Of a stretch of DNA of 64,000 bases, positions 62,499 to 64,000 are shown piece after piece. How positions within the stretch are numbered: position 1 is the stretch's first letter; each line of letters opens with the position of its first letter. The DNA is from Clostridia bacterium (lineage in GTDB: Bacteria; Bacillota; Clostridia; Christensenellales; CAG-1252), in assembly GCA_024685775.1 (NCBI GenBank), contig JAIKVL010000007.1:15627-79626 (forward strand), read 5' to 3'. The notes beneath the pieces were generated by a model that was not told the DNA's origin, searched no databases, and saw only the letters and a program-made list of their open reading frames with translations. The position numbers and the translations under genes were made by a program.

Positions 62499-63884
62499 AT
62501 GTTGCGCTTCAAAAAGTTCGAAAAAGAAGACATAAAGAAGGTCAAGCCTTTTATGGGCGGGAGTTCGCCCATTTGCATGAAAGCGGTCGGCGTGGAATAT
62601 ATGTGGTCGGATTATCTCTCGACCGAGGTCGCCTATTACGAGGGCGGAGTCGTCCTGAAAGAGAGCCTTTTCGGAGCGGAACGCTTTTCCCTGCCGCGCG
62701 GCGAGCACCGAGAAGAGGGCGTCCGATTGATCGAAGAATACATCCGCGAAACGGGCGGGGATCTCTGCTTCCATTCGGTGGACGACGAAGAACTTTCCTA
62801 CCTCTTTTCCCGCTATCCCGCGGTCGAGATCCAAAGCCACCGCGACTATGCGGACTATCTCTATAACGCCGCCGATCTCGCCGAGTACAAAGGCAAAAAG
62901 TATCACGGGCAAAAGAATCATTTCAATAAATTCACGCGCGAATATCCGGACTACGAATTTACCCCTTTCGGCGAAAAGGACTTGCCCGACGTGTTCGCCT
63001 TTTTGAAAAAGCACGAAGCACTCGCGCCGAGAAGCGAGGGGGAGAGGATCGAATATCGCTGCTGCGAGCGGTTGCTTTCCGCGTTTCGCGAGCTTGATCT
63101 TCTGACGGGGATGATCCGCGTCAAAGGGGAGATCGCCGCAATCAGCGTGGGAGAGATCCTCGGCGAGACTTTGATCATTCATATCGAAAAAGCGCTCCCC
63201 GATTACGAGGGCATCTATCCGACGATCTGCTCTTTGTTCGCGCGTCGGTACGCGTCGGGGCTGAAATACGTGAACCGAGAAGACGATTCGGGCGATCCGG
63301 GGCTTCGGACGAGCAAGACGCAATATCATCCGATCGCGCTTTTGGATAAAAGGCAGGCGTTCTGCCGCTTTTCCCGCGCGTTTTCTCTCCCCGCGATCTT
63401 TACGAATCGCCTCGCGATCGATTCGTTCGCTTCTTCCGATATGCCGTTTTACGCCGCGCTTGCGACGGACGACGAACGCAACCGCTATTGGGGTTACGAT
63501 TACAAAGCGGATCTCGACGGCAACGAACCGACGCCCGCCTATTTCGAAAAGATCCTGCTCTCCGACGAAGGGCGGGGCGTTTGCTATTCTTTCAAGATCG
63601 CGCTTCTCTCGGGAGAGCCGATCGGGGAAGCCGTCGTCTATAACTTTCGTGCGGACGGTTCCGCCGAGCTCGGGCTTCGCATCGCCGCGGCGTACGCGGG
63701 AAAGGGCTACGGGCGCGAAGCGTTTAAGGCAGTCGCTGACGAGGCTTTGAAAATTCTTCCCGCTCTTCACGCGCGCTGTTTCAAAGAGAATAAGCAAAGC
63801 GAAAAAATGATCCTTGCCGCAGGGTTTCGCTCCGTTCGAAAGGATGAGAAAATGCGGTACTTCCGCTTGCTTCGCAAGCAGTGA
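62499..63884 (+). CDS. DUF2156 (aminoacyl-tRNA-dependent transferase-like) domain fused to RimJ/RimL-type GNAT
   Basis: DYLYNAADLAEYKGKKY..QKNHFNKF, IHIEKA, YVNREDDSGDPGLRTSKTQYHP; C-terminal ELGLRI...GKGYGREA...N..S.KMI..AGF. Confidence 0.85.
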   Translation: MLRFKKFEKEDIKKVKPFMGGSSPICMKAVGVEYMWSDYLSTEVAYYEGGVVLKESLFGAERFSLPRGEHREEGVRLIEEYIRETGGDLCFHSVDDEELSYLFSRYPAVEIQSHRDYADYLYNAADLAEYKGKKYHGQKNHFNKFTREYPDYEFTPFGEKDLPDVFAFLKKHEALAPRSEGERIEYRCCERLLSAFRELDLLTGMIRVKGEIAAISVGEILGETLIIHIEKALPDYEGIYPTICSLFARRYASGLKYVNREDDSGDPGLRTSKTQYHPIALLDKRQAFCRFSRAFSLPAIFTNRLAIDSFASSDMPFYAALATDDERNRYWGYDYKADLDGNEPTPAYFEKILLSDEGRGVCYSFKIALLSGEPIGEAVVYNFRADGSAELGLRIAAAYAGKGYGREAFKAVADEALKILPALHARCFKENKQSEKMILAAGFRSVRKDEKMRYFRLLRKQ

Positions 63885-63915
63885 ATTGCGGCGGTTGCCG
63901 CGGGAAACGAAAACG

Positions 63916-63944
63916 AAAAAAGCGCGGGGATCCGCGCTTTTTTT
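63916..63944 (+). terminator. Rho-independent terminator
   Basis: AAAAAAGCGCGG-gat-CCGCGCTTTTTTTT. Confidence 0.9.
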
Positions 63945-64000
63945 ATAAGTTTTTTTTCGAGACACGCGCGAGCGTTACGCGATGGTGATCCCTTTCAAGA

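Noticed and set aside
1-64000. tRNA, rRNA, tmRNA, integrase, transposase, att-site direct repeats
   Set aside because: None recognised; island edges at about 2300, 24860/25745 and 50000/59950 show no clear target duplication by eye.

Overview
64 kb of a GC-rich Firmicute chromosome. The gene repertoire, sigma-A promoters and T-box suggest an anaerobic gut/rumen-type Clostridia lineage (inference). Left to right: (i) 3' part of an AT-rich, foreign-looking GHKL ATPase gene; (ii) trkAH; (iii) a 13-kb cluster led by a T-box with a predicted Ile (AUC) specifier: two tandem XRE-cupin-acyl-CoA synthetase fusions, a P-loop NTPase, a 4-subunit Vor-type 2-oxoacid:ferredoxin oxidoreductase, ilvE, a catalytically degenerate LeuA homologue and a TIM barrel-acyl-CoA synthetase fusion, consistent with branched-chain amino acid synthesis by reductive carboxylation of branched-chain fatty acids; (iv) ArsB/NhaD permease, FtsX-type ABC exporter, MATE; (v) an AT-rich XRE/SLOG islet with paired operators; (vi) asd, hslO and membrane proteins; (vii) a surface-biology block: a 1664-aa lipoprotein with a collagen-like stalk and C-terminal amidase, an MBG lipoprotein, a 2757-aa secreted protein with 21 tandem CBM26-like/novel modules and a transglutaminase-like domain, and a diguanylate cyclase; (viii) an AT-rich polysaccharide locus: ugd, a 1683-aa five-domain GT2-HAD-PRT-GT4-GT8 protein that looks like a ribofuranose-incorporating polymerase, tailoring genes, a gene-end relic and a GT2; (ix) MGMT-like gene, rplM-rpsI, a hypothetical and a DUF2156-GNAT fusion. 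No rRNA, tRNA, CRISPR array, integrase or transposase was seen. Several genes look leaderless. All domain calls come from motif recognition by eye; no database searches were run.
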